From a virus (taxonomy: Duplodnaviria; Heunggongvirae; Uroviricota; Caudoviricetes), in IMG/VR virus record IMGVR_UViG_2541047683_000004, positions 1-42,486 of that record: a DNA stretch of 42,486 nucleotides. One strand, written 5' to 3'. A model generated the notes under the pieces. That model was not told the DNA's origin. It searched no databases and worked only from the letters and a program-made list of their open reading frames with translations. Positions within the stretch are counted from its first letter, which is position 1. Each line of letters starts with the position of its first letter. Both the position numbers and the translations under genes were made by a program. Below, in pieces: positions 8,443 through 17,109 of this stretch.

Positions 8443-8962
8443 TAAAAATCAAATTGTCAGATATAAGGGTCGAGTGTTGCATACGCAAAATTTCTCGGCC
8501 CTTTGTGCATCTGATCTTGAGCTGAAGAAAGTATCTGATGCCTTTACCCAGTATTGGAAAACGGGATACCATCCATCTCTTGGTAAAGATGCTGCATTTG
8601 CTCGTCCGACAGAAATGCTTAAACTAAATGTCAGGCATACTCATGTCGATAACCAAGACTATATTCCAGAAGATAGTGATAAAAAACACACTGGTAAAAA
8701 ATCATCTTGGGATGCATGGAAAAATATAGCGTCTGTACAAGTAAAATGCATACCAACAAGTGATTGCTTTTTAGTTTATTCGGTAAATCACAATCGTGAT
8801 GCGCTGGTTATGTTTTTTGTTGACGCAGATGCTCACAACATAACTGAGCAAGAAGAGTTTAAAGAGGAAGCAATCACTATCAGTTATCAATTCTTTGAGA
8901 AAACAAAAACAGAACCAATGCCTTTAGAAGAAGATCTTTTTTCTGATAAATGGAAGGAATAG
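8417..8962 (+). CDS. AT-rich accessory protein, possible YafO-like toxin (tentative)
   Basis: AAGGAAA RBS; motif pattern F..Y...G..P..GKD, RHTHV, FLVYS, DADAH resembles recalled YafO-family pattern; visibly AT-rich versus flanks. Confidence 0.4.
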   Translation: MSSSASQNDKNQIVRYKGRVLHTQNFSALCASDLELKKVSDAFTQYWKTGYHPSLGKDAAFARPTEMLKLNVRHTHVDNQDYIPEDSDKKHTGKKSSWDAWKNIASVQVKCIPTSDCFLVYSVNHNRDALVMFFVDADAHNITEQEEFKEEAITISYQFFEKTKTEPMPLEEDLFSDKWKE

Positions 8963-8982
8963 CCCGCAGCGCGGGCTTTTTT
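8963..8982 (+). terminator. Rho-independent terminator
   Basis: cccgc-agc-gcggg followed by T6. Confidence 0.6.
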
Positions 8983-9054
8983 GTGGACGAAACAAAAGTC
9001 AGTGCTACACTCATTGACGCCACATTGAGGTGGCTTATAGATGGAAATTTCACA

Positions 9055-9216
9055 ATGAAAAAAGCATTTGCTGCACTGTTCGTTTTATTGTCTCTGGTAG
9101 CTTCAACTCAGGCCTTTGCCGGTCGTTGTCAGCACGACAGCGATACTGCTGCTGACGGCTCCCGCTGCGGTGGGCGTTCTGCGGATTCCCGTCCGGGCGG
9201 CGGTGGCATTCGTTAA
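9055..9216 (+). CDS. Small secreted Gly/Arg-rich peptide (53 aa) with signal peptide
   Basis: MKKAFAALFVLLSLVASTQAFA signal then 31-aa Cys-containing tail; weak RBS. Confidence 0.35.
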   Translation: MKKAFAALFVLLSLVASTQAFAGRCQHDSDTAADGSRCGGRSADSRPGGGGIR

Positions 9217-9239
9217 AAACAAGGCCGCGAAAGCGGCCT
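9214..9239 (-). terminator. Intrinsic terminator for antirepressor gene B
   Basis: aggccgc-gaaa-gcggcct hairpin followed on minus strand by T-run. Confidence 0.55.
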
Positions 9240-9251
9240 GTGACATGTCAC
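9240..9251. repeat. Perfect 12-bp palindrome GTGACATGTCAC (copy 1 of 3)
   Basis: Exact palindrome between convergent genes. Confidence 0.6.
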
Positions 9252-9288
9252 GATAGTTTCGTTTTGCACATCCCTGTGCCGCCGCCCG

Positions 9289-9939
9289 TCAGAAGAACCC
9301 TGCCTTGTCGTTGATGTACTCCGCGTGGGTCTGGATATCACGCAGGCATTTACTCACACCGACGATGTAGCAGAACATGGTGGTCAGCTCCGCCGCCGCG
9401 CCCGATACATCGTGCCCGTCTTCCTGTAACTGGTTCAGCAGATTCATCAGCAGTGAGTTTTCCGTCAGGCCGAGAACACCAGACGGAGAATGAATCAGAC
9501 TGCGGTAGCCGGGCTTCAATGGGGCACTGTATTCTTTTTTGTCTTCCAGCTTGATCGCCTCCATAATGGCGGGCATGAAGCCTGACAAGACCTTCTCCAC
9601 TTTTGTTTCTTGTTGTCTTAAACGTTTCTCGCATTCAATGAAGTAGCGTCGTACCTGACGACCTTTTTCGTTACGCTCGACCATCGCCAGCTCTTTGGCT
9701 GTATCGAGGGTTAGGTGGTAGTCTTTTGCAGGACGGCCTCTGCCTATTTTTTCCCGAACTTGGGAAATAATCATAAAGTCTTGATTTTCAACGAAGCCAT
9801 ATTCAGCAATTCGTTCGACAATCCACGAAGCAAATCGCTTACCCACATCGAGGAAAGTGTGTAAATCACGGGCATTAACGAGAAGAGCGGTTTCGTTGGA
9901 TATAGTGCCGTTGAATACGGGGATGAGTTGAGCGTTCAT
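9289..9939 (-). CDS. Antirepressor-like protein, AntA/Rha-type N-terminal domain plus shared C-terminal module
   Basis: N-terminal LIPVFNGTISNETALLVNARDLHTFLDVGKRFASWIVERIAEYGFVENQDF resembles AntA-type domain; C-terminal 80 aa matches gene 7420-8115; GGAG RBS. Confidence 0.65.
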   Translation of the reverse strand: MNAQLIPVFNGTISNETALLVNARDLHTFLDVGKRFASWIVERIAEYGFVENQDFMIISQVREKIGRGRPAKDYHLTLDTAKELAMVERNEKGRQVRRYFIECEKRLRQQETKVEKVLSGFMPAIMEAIKLEDKKEYSAPLKPGYRSLIHSPSGVLGLTENSLLMNLLNQLQEDGHDVSGAAAELTTMFCYIVGVSKCLRDIQTHAEYINDKAGFF

Positions 9940-10095
9940 GATGGCGTCTCCACTTAGCGAATTACATCACCACCGCTGAGACCAATCAGATGGTGGTGAA
10001 CTGAACGGAGTTGGTCTTACCGGCCTAAGTGGTACCGGCGTCCTTTCGGACCCCCATTCAGCCCACCATAATTCTGGCATGACTGTGCTATACGC

Positions 10096-10174
10096 ATAAA
10101 AAAACCACGTCTGGCGTGGTATGCGCCACTTAGTAATCCGGGAGACCAATCCCGGCACTGGATTTTGCCAGTGC
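10096..10174 (-). ncRNA. Candidate small structured RNA in antirepressor leader B (inverted paralog of 7187-7262)
   Basis: Same hairpin-hairpin-terminator architecture; terminator stem differs in sequence but preserves pairing (ccacg-ccaga-cgtgg). Confidence 0.4.
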
Positions 10175-10209
10175 CTGATTACTATGGCACAAGAGGAATG
10201 CGATGTAAA

Positions 10210-10226
10210 TTTACCGCAAAGGTAAT
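10210..10226. promoter_or_regulatory. Operator-like palindrome (copy 5)
   Basis: tttaccgcaaaggtaat, inverted counterpart of copy 3. Confidence 0.55.
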
Positions 10227-10372
10227 GATAGACACAGACAAACATTAAAATCAACCATATTTGGTTAATGCGTGTAAAAGAGCCAGCAGCGAGAAATTGT
10301 GCCGCGACGTAAAATAACGAGCATCTGCTGGCTTACAACCAGCGATGTTTCAAATTTGTCACTACTATCAAC

Positions 10373-10771
10373 GTGCCATTCCACGGCGCAGAGCTTTATG
10401 TTGTCAATCACAACGGCGAACCGTATACCCCAATGAAACCTATCGTTGAGGGAATGGGGCTAGACTGGAAATCTCAACATAAGAAGATTTCTCAACGCTT
10501 CTCGAAGGGTATGGTGGAAATCACCATACCTTCTGCCGGTGGGGTGCAAGCCATGATTTGTATGGCTTTACGAAAATTGGCAGCTTGGTTGAACAGCATC
10601 AGCCCTAACAAAGTCCGCCCTGAAATCCGCGACAAGGTAATCCAGTATCAGGAAGAGTGTGACGATGTGCTCTACGAGTACTGGACTAAAGGCCATGTGG
10701 TTAACCCACGCAAAGCTAAAAAGGCGTTGCCGGGTAAAATCACTACTGAGCAACAGGAGGTATACACTTAA
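10373..10771 (+). CDS. Antirepressor N-terminal-domain-like protein, start codon unclear (possibly truncated remnant)
   Basis: Segment LYVVNHNGEPYTPMKPIVEGMGLDWKSQ resembles P22-antirepressor-type N-domain by recollection; only GTG or internal ATG starts, no good RBS. Confidence 0.35.
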   Translation: MPFHGAELYVVNHNGEPYTPMKPIVEGMGLDWKSQHKKISQRFSKGMVEITIPSAGGVQAMICMALRKLAAWLNSISPNKVRPEIRDKVIQYQEECDDVLYEYWTKGHVVNPRKAKKALPGKITTEQQEVYT

Positions 10772-10795
10772 CACTTGATCACATTAGCACAAAAC

Positions 10796-10812
10796 ATTAC
10801 CTTTAAGGTAAT
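10796..10812. promoter_or_regulatory. Operator-like palindrome (copy 6)
   Basis: attacctttaaggtaat 14 nt upstream of RBS of gene 10832; part of 49-bp block identical to that at 7020-7060. Confidence 0.6.
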
Positions 10813-10831
10813 GTTATTGTGAGGAAAAGCA

Positions 10832-11359
10832 ATGGAAGTTTTCTTAATCATCGTCGGCATCGTGATTATTAATTTTGTTTTTTTATTTATTGCAAAAAAA
10901 CAAAAAAGTAACGATATGCATGTTTCTACAACTGATGATCTTACCTTTGTAGAGCATGCACTGAATGTATCAGGATATAAACTCACCCCATACGGAGCTG
11001 GTGTATCACTCATGTCTTTAAGTAACGGTTTTTCAAAAGAAGAAACATTTTCACATATAGCTTTGATGGCTCTTTCTCAACACGCCAAAGTCGCAGGTAG
11101 TGACGCAATTGAGCTTAGTAAAGTTAGCATTCGTGCGATGTCGATAGCTGAAAACTTAACTAAATTATTCAGGAAAGGTCTTATTCGATCAGAAATATAT
11201 AAAAATGATTTGAATGCTATCATGGCTGTCAGCACAATTAATGAAAACCAAGAGGATTGGATTTCCATAGTTCTGGAAAGCAATAGCACATCTAACAAGG
11301 ATACTATTGCTTTGCCGATAAGTGCAGAAGCTTCTTTAGAAGCCATAAACAGCCATTGA
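10832..11359 (+). CDS. AT-rich membrane-anchored accessory protein (moron), function unknown
   Basis: N-terminal TM MEVFLIIVGIVIINFVFLFIA then soluble domain; visibly low GC; shares promoter-operator-RBS-TM cassette with gene 6294-7022. Confidence 0.55.
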   Translation: MEVFLIIVGIVIINFVFLFIAKKQKSNDMHVSTTDDLTFVEHALNVSGYKLTPYGAGVSLMSLSNGFSKEETFSHIALMALSQHAKVAGSDAIELSKVSIRAMSIAENLTKLFRKGLIRSEIYKNDLNAIMAVSTINENQEDWISIVLESNSTSNKDTIALPISAEASLEAINSH

Positions 11360-11380
11360 AAGAACTCCAATAAATATTGA

Positions 11381-14300
11381 TTAACGCATCACCGGATCCA
11401 CCTGGTTTATTAGTGGCGCAATCCAGAACAGGTTATTGCCGGGTATCAGGGTTCGGACATTATGCACAATACGATCACCGGCATCACCATTCAACACTCC
11501 TGCGGTCACATCAATGATGCTATCCGCAAGACCAAATGACGGTCCGAATAGAGATCCTACGAATCCACGACTGGCATACCTAGACTGTGTGCCAGTGCCA
11601 AATAAAGCCCCCAGCCCAACAGCACCACCAGTAGCCTTTTCAGCCATGTTGTTATATTCCATCAATGGCCCAAGAATACCGGATCTATCTATACCCTCAA
11701 GCACCAGCTTCTCTGGTGACCAGTCAACATTTTTCCCTTTCGATGCTTCTTTAAGCGCATAGACCAGTGAGCCAAGAGCAATCTGAAATGCAGTGCCATA
11801 ATAAAATTGCGCAGTTCCTTCCTGTAACCCACCAAGTAGCGCACGGTTGTATGAAGCCGTTGTGAATGATTTAAACTGAAATATCGTTCGCCCCATTGGA
11901 GTACTCGCCCATAAAGGTGTGTCACCAATACCGGGGGTGATGATAGTGTTATTAACGTCTTTCAGAACCGCTGACTGGAATACTCCGGCAACGTACTGAT
12001 CGTCCCATTTATCAAAGTTACCAATGTGCCATCCATCAATTACCTCACCATGTTTCTCGAACTCACTGCGAATACGCGCAGCCATATTGTCGTTGATACC
12101 GAGTTTTGCCATGCGACGTGCAGAAAACGCACCAGACAAAATACCGTCTGACGTGAGCATTCCGTTCATGGATTTGTTTATGTCATTAAATCGATCCATG
12201 AGTGTCAGCTTGCCGAAGGCATCAGTAATTCGCTCCATTCCTGCTTCGACTGCTGTTGTCCTGGAAGAACTGTCAACAAGATCACCAATTGCACGAGAAC
12301 GTGAATGTAGTACAGCTTCCAATCCAATCCCCATCTTCAACATCTCTTCTTTGCTGGCCTTAAATGCCGGTGATTGGGATATCTGAGAAGCATAGCCTTT
12401 CATGGTGTTACGGAAACCATTAACCATAACCCCTCTGGCCAGATCTGGAATAGCTGATACTGTCATTCCACCGAGTTTGGTCGTGAAGTTCACATCCCGC
12501 AGAAAAGCGCCAGCACGAACAAAAAACGAAGACGGATCATCAGGCATACCATATGTACCAACAAGACGATCGCGTAATGCTGTTATGTCTCTGAGATCAT
12601 TTGCTCTTGATTTTGAAAGTCTGGACTGTTCTTTCCGTAATTCCTTTTCGTACTTTCGCATTAATGAATCGAGTTTACCCTGAGGAACAACTTCACCATT
12701 GCTCTCATAACGTGCTTTCAGATTTGCCACACTTTCGTCATATTTCGCCTTTATTTTTTCAGGCACTTCCCGTAACAGACTGTCATATTCGTCCTCAATT
12801 AATTGCAGACGCTCAGTCATAGTTCGTTTGCCAAATGTTCTCGTCAACTCAATTTCTGCTGCCGCTTCACGGATATGACGTTGCAGCACGTAATTCACAT
12901 CACTTTCAAGATAATCCCTGATAAGACTATCAGGAACATTTAATGTTCTTTCTTTCGTACTACCTGCGGCTTTTACAGAAAATACGCTGACAAAATCCTG
13001 TGGAACCTTAGCACCAGTAATTTTATTAATTACGATATCCGCTGCAATTTCAGCATCCTCAGGATCCAGTGTTTTATTTCCTCTCGACCACCAGTCAACC
13101 AAAATACGTCGAAATTTATCGCGTTCACTGATTATTTTTCCAACTTTATATATGCGTGGGAAATAGCTTGCCTGGCCTAATGCTTTCAGTTCTTCATCTG
13201 GCGGCAATAAACCAAGCTTTTGCATTTCAACTTTCACCCGATTTAATACAGTTCGCATCGCCTGCGCCGTTTCCTGAACAACAGGATTAGCATGCACATC
13301 ACCGCTTCGCATAGCATTCCCAACCTGCTGACGAAATGAATCAAAACTCATGTCACCACCATCAGCTTTATACTTTGCGTATGCCTGTTTATTTCCGACA
13401 ACAACAGCAGCTTCTTCACGCTGCCATCCACGTGTACGGGTTTCTACAGCTACCGGTGTTTCAATCCCCCTTTCATTTCCTTTAAGGGTGAAATTATTTT
13501 CGGCTAACTCCAGCGTTGTTTTTCGCACCGTCTTGGACGGAGACTCCATTAACCTTGTCAAAGGAGTAAGAGAGATCCCTGCTTTCCATGCAGCCTTTCC
13601 AACCCACCCACCGGAAACAGGGGTTAAATCATCCAGAGTCGCTGTATCAATTTTCATAGCACCAACACTACCACCATCGGAAAGCGAAGCGGCAGCCCTG
13701 TCAGTCGCTGATGTAATGCTCATATTATCAAGAGCATCAGCAACCTCACGTGTGGCTGCAGCCCGGACGGATGGCGAAAGCGCAACACCAGCACTGGCAA
13801 ACACGCCGCTCATCATCGCACCCGCTGCAACGTGAGCGGCACTTTCACCCCATGAGCGTGTTATTTGCTGATTATTCAGTACAACCTCGCTTAATGCTGT
13901 ACCGGCAGCACCAATCGCAATCTGTGAGCCAATACGCGCCAGTGCCCCTCCTTGAGCACCGGGAATAAACATTGACGCAACAGTAACCGGATCCATTCCC
14001 GCAGCAATACTGGCAAGGGTTCCAACTACGCCAGCATCAGACAATAAACGTCTGTCTTCATTTTCATCATCTATCTGCTGCTTAATCCACGCCGTTTCCT
14101 CTGGCGATCGGGAATCTGCAAATTTCGCCCCCCAGTATTCATAACCGTGCAACTCATTTTTATCAGCATATGGGTTATAACCCTCGACCGGTTCAAACTG
14201 TCTGGCAGGACGGAAAAAACCAGCCAGAATATTGTTCTGTCGTATTGCTGCGGCAAGCAATGAAGGCTCTTTGGGCCGAGGTTCAGGGTTCTTACCTTCT

Positions 14301-14401
14301 GGCGGATGCACATCAAAACTCTGTTCATCAGGTTCAGGAATGGCGAAACCAGCAGAAATAAATCCGTTATTGTTTGATTCAGATACAGGATAGAACGGCA
14401 T
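11381..14401 (-). CDS. Large internal virion/ejection protein (1006 aa)
   Basis: Size and position after other internal proteins and before tailspike, as in T7-like gene order. Confidence 0.55.
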   Translation of the reverse strand: MPFYPVSESNNNGFISAGFAIPEPDEQSFDVHPPEGKNPEPRPKEPSLLAAAIRQNNILAGFFRPARQFEPVEGYNPYADKNELHGYEYWGAKFADSRSPEETAWIKQQIDDENEDRRLLSDAGVVGTLASIAAGMDPVTVASMFIPGAQGGALARIGSQIAIGAAGTALSEVVLNNQQITRSWGESAAHVAAGAMMSGVFASAGVALSPSVRAAATREVADALDNMSITSATDRAAASLSDGGSVGAMKIDTATLDDLTPVSGGWVGKAAWKAGISLTPLTRLMESPSKTVRKTTLELAENNFTLKGNERGIETPVAVETRTRGWQREEAAVVVGNKQAYAKYKADGGDMSFDSFRQQVGNAMRSGDVHANPVVQETAQAMRTVLNRVKVEMQKLGLLPPDEELKALGQASYFPRIYKVGKIISERDKFRRILVDWWSRGNKTLDPEDAEIAADIVINKITGAKVPQDFVSVFSVKAAGSTKERTLNVPDSLIRDYLESDVNYVLQRHIREAAAEIELTRTFGKRTMTERLQLIEDEYDSLLREVPEKIKAKYDESVANLKARYESNGEVVPQGKLDSLMRKYEKELRKEQSRLSKSRANDLRDITALRDRLVGTYGMPDDPSSFFVRAGAFLRDVNFTTKLGGMTVSAIPDLARGVMVNGFRNTMKGYASQISQSPAFKASKEEMLKMGIGLEAVLHSRSRAIGDLVDSSSRTTAVEAGMERITDAFGKLTLMDRFNDINKSMNGMLTSDGILSGAFSARRMAKLGINDNMAARIRSEFEKHGEVIDGWHIGNFDKWDDQYVAGVFQSAVLKDVNNTIITPGIGDTPLWASTPMGRTIFQFKSFTTASYNRALLGGLQEGTAQFYYGTAFQIALGSLVYALKEASKGKNVDWSPEKLVLEGIDRSGILGPLMEYNNMAEKATGGAVGLGALFGTGTQSRYASRGFVGSLFGPSFGLADSIIDVTAGVLNGDAGDRIVHNVRTLIPGNNLFWIAPLINQVDPVMR

Positions 14402-17109
14402 TATTTAGATCCCCACGAAAAGTAATCTTTAAATTTGTCCATACGTTCGTTATGCAGGCGCTGATACTGCTCATCCAGAGCGCGATGCTTGTCTTTGAAG
14501 TTTCGTATAGCCTGTCCACGCATAATTTCTTCCTGCTCGTGCTGCTCCCGTTCCTGCTGCATTTTCTTATAAGGTTCCCAATCTTCTAGTGATGGCCCCC
14601 AGCGCATCTGTCTTCCATGCTTGTCATAAAATAAATCATCCCTCGTAATACCATCTTTATCTTTTGTTCTGATCACAACTGAATAAAGCTTATCTCTCGG
14701 AGTTGATAAGTCAGGAACGAGAATCAACTCACCTCCAACCAGTGAGCGTGGCTTATTCAGTCCCAATGCACCAGCCTCAGTTGAAGGTCGGTTAAATGAA
14801 GGAGCCGGTTTATGTAAGTCATCGCCATACATGATTTTTTCTTTTTCAGCCTTCCATTGCGCTGCAATCCAGCCTGACGGCCCATATTGATAAAGCGCCT
14901 CCGGTGCATATTTCATAAACTGTGCTTCCCCGTTGACCTCGCTGATACTCCAAGTGCGGGCTATCTGCTGGTTGGTCATTTGCTTCGCTACGTCAGCGTT
15001 ACCACCAGCAAGGCGATAGTTAACGTCATACAGCATCTGATAGTCATTGCGAAAGAGCGCTGCTTCCGGCGTCTGGTCATCCGCAGACGGATCCCAACGG
15101 AACCACTGCGCCATATTGCTGACAGCAGAATTGGCTGCGCTGTCACGCTCTTTTTTGTATTCTCTTGTACTCTGAACAGATGAGAGCTGCGCCCTTAGTG
15201 CATCTGTCTGGTTGTATGTCTTACTCTGCGCTTCCACAATAGCAGCATCTGAAGACATCCCTGCATCAGTTAGTTGCTTAACAGTCAGATAAAAACCCTG
15301 CATATCCTTCGGCATATTTCCAATAGATGCATTGTCTGTTTCATATAACCGACTAAACAGTTCAGCCGCATTTTTAACCACTTCCTGATTGCTGGATCGG
15401 GATACTGCTGAAAGCTGCGTGATGACCTGCGAAGGCATTATGCCAGTCTGAGCCACAAGCCGAACAACCCCATCATGAGTGGAGGCATCATTAATACGAA
15501 AGTTCTGCGCCATTTCTGTGTAATCAGCAGCTTTCTGCATTGACTTGTTGCTTGGGTCTAATTTCTCACCTATTGTCAGCGCCTCATTAAATCTGCGTGA
15601 ATCCCGTTGCGCCTGAATTGCTTCATTTGATCTCTGAAGCAATGCAGACAATTTTCCGTAAGCATCGAGTTTTAACGCATAGTGAGGATCGTTAACCTCA
15701 GGCTTCACTTTCTGCATTTCTTCTTGCTGCTGAGAAGGAGGCAAATACTGAATTGCCTGGAATATTCTCGCGTTATCAATCGCTATATCCAGTTGATTGA
15801 TTATTTTATCTGCGTTTTTTCCATACCCCCTGATGATGGTCTCCTGAGCCGGTATATAATCTGGAACCTCACCGTTATATAGCTGGGCCATGGTGTTATT
15901 AATAGCTGGCTCAAGCTGTTCTAATATTAACTTCCTTTGCTTTTCTATCTGACTATTAGCAAGGTTATCTATTTGATAAATAGTCAGCGGATCCATTCCA
16001 GTTTTATTTTTTCTATATCGGGAAAGCCACCCTTGTGTTTCTGATGGAAGATTTCGGATAAATTCTTCTTCTGATATTTCACCTTTACGTGGATCACCGA
16101 CTTTGGCGATCAGTTTATCCACGTTACCCATCCCCCAGTTATATGCTGCTCCGGTCAATATTTCTGAGCCGTACTTACCATACAGTTGATTTACATAGTC
16201 ACTGGCAAGCATTTCATGCTGTTGTTCGTCCGTAGGGTTGTATTCAACGCCACGTTTGGCCGCCAGTTCTTTCCCTGTGCCCGGCATTAACTGGTATTTC
16301 CCCTGGGCCCTCTCTCCAGAAGATGTTTTCGGTCCTTCAAGAATACTACCATCAGGATTAAAATGACGATCACCTGATTCAACAAGGCGTATGGCACGCA
16401 TGTCCATGCCTCCAGAATCATTTTTCTGAAACTGACCATTTAACCATCCTTCCGGATTAGCAGCGGCATAATTCTTCGCCCGCATTTCTGTGGCACTGCG
16501 ATCATCACTTTCTATTTCTTCCAGAATGCGTTCTTGTGACCATCCCCTGGCTGCTCCATATCTGGCAATGGCTACCATTCTGGAATTTCTGGCTAAAGTG
16601 GCAGTTTGCGGGTCATTCCAGGCATCCGCTTCATTTTGTATCCATAATTTTCTCGTTGCCTGATATTGCTCATCTTCATAGGCATTTGTCTGCCCTATCT
16701 CATGTCTGAGAACTCCAGTACTGAACTGAATTTTCTGTGTTCTGGCTTGTTGCAAAAACATATTTCTTGCTGCTTCATCAGTCAATGAAGCAGCTATTTC
16801 TTCCACATCCTGATCAAATCCAGATATGTACTCTTGCCCCTTACCAATCGCATTTTTGCCTTGTTGTGCATAAAAACCGGTTTGAGGGTTATAAAGACGT
16901 TCATTGCTGCGCTGATTAAGCTGAAGGATGGCATCCTGAGACAATGCAACATTCGCTTTCTGCCTGGCTTCACCATATGCCACCGCATACTGATCTGCGA
17001 CATTCGCCAGCACCTGACCTGCTTGAGGAACATCGAAGATCTGAAAACCACCGGTTTGCACACCACGACTTTGCACCTGGCGTCCGGATGTAGTAGGAAC
17101 AACAGGCAT
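14401..17109 (-). CDS. Internal virion protein with soluble lytic transglycosylase domain (902 aa)
   Basis: Motif GERAQGKYQLMPGTGKELA ... AAYNWGMGNV typical of SLT-type transglycosylases. Confidence 0.6.
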   Translation of the reverse strand: MPVVPTTSGRQVQSRGVQTGGFQIFDVPQAGQVLANVADQYAVAYGEARQKANVALSQDAILQLNQRSNERLYNPQTGFYAQQGKNAIGKGQEYISGFDQDVEEIAASLTDEAARNMFLQQARTQKIQFSTGVLRHEIGQTNAYEDEQYQATRKLWIQNEADAWNDPQTATLARNSRMVAIARYGAARGWSQERILEEIESDDRSATEMRAKNYAAANPEGWLNGQFQKNDSGGMDMRAIRLVESGDRHFNPDGSILEGPKTSSGERAQGKYQLMPGTGKELAAKRGVEYNPTDEQQHEMLASDYVNQLYGKYGSEILTGAAYNWGMGNVDKLIAKVGDPRKGEISEEEFIRNLPSETQGWLSRYRKNKTGMDPLTIYQIDNLANSQIEKQRKLILEQLEPAINNTMAQLYNGEVPDYIPAQETIIRGYGKNADKIINQLDIAIDNARIFQAIQYLPPSQQQEEMQKVKPEVNDPHYALKLDAYGKLSALLQRSNEAIQAQRDSRRFNEALTIGEKLDPSNKSMQKAADYTEMAQNFRINDASTHDGVVRLVAQTGIMPSQVITQLSAVSRSSNQEVVKNAAELFSRLYETDNASIGNMPKDMQGFYLTVKQLTDAGMSSDAAIVEAQSKTYNQTDALRAQLSSVQSTREYKKERDSAANSAVSNMAQWFRWDPSADDQTPEAALFRNDYQMLYDVNYRLAGGNADVAKQMTNQQIARTWSISEVNGEAQFMKYAPEALYQYGPSGWIAAQWKAEKEKIMYGDDLHKPAPSFNRPSTEAGALGLNKPRSLVGGELILVPDLSTPRDKLYSVVIRTKDKDGITRDDLFYDKHGRQMRWGPSLEDWEPYKKMQQEREQHEQEEIMRGQAIRNFKDKHRALDEQYQRLHNERMDKFKDYFSWGSK

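Noticed and set aside
9240-9251. GTGACATGTCAC as a CRP-binding site
   Set aside because: CRP sites have TGTGA and TCACA half-sites separated by 6 bp; here the half-sites are separated by 2 bp.
7022-10832. Programmed invertible segment (shufflon or G-segment-like switch) bounded by the 49-bp inverted repeats
   Set aside because: No serine or tyrosine invertase gene is present in or next to the segment, and inversion would not change any coding sequence; homologous recombination between repeats remains possible but unproven.
12024-13968. Several plus-strand ORFs of 70-160 aa inside the large minus-strand virion protein genes
   Set aside because: Antisense to long, clearly coding structural genes; Pro/Ser/Ala-rich translations typical of wrong-frame reads of GC-rich coding DNA.
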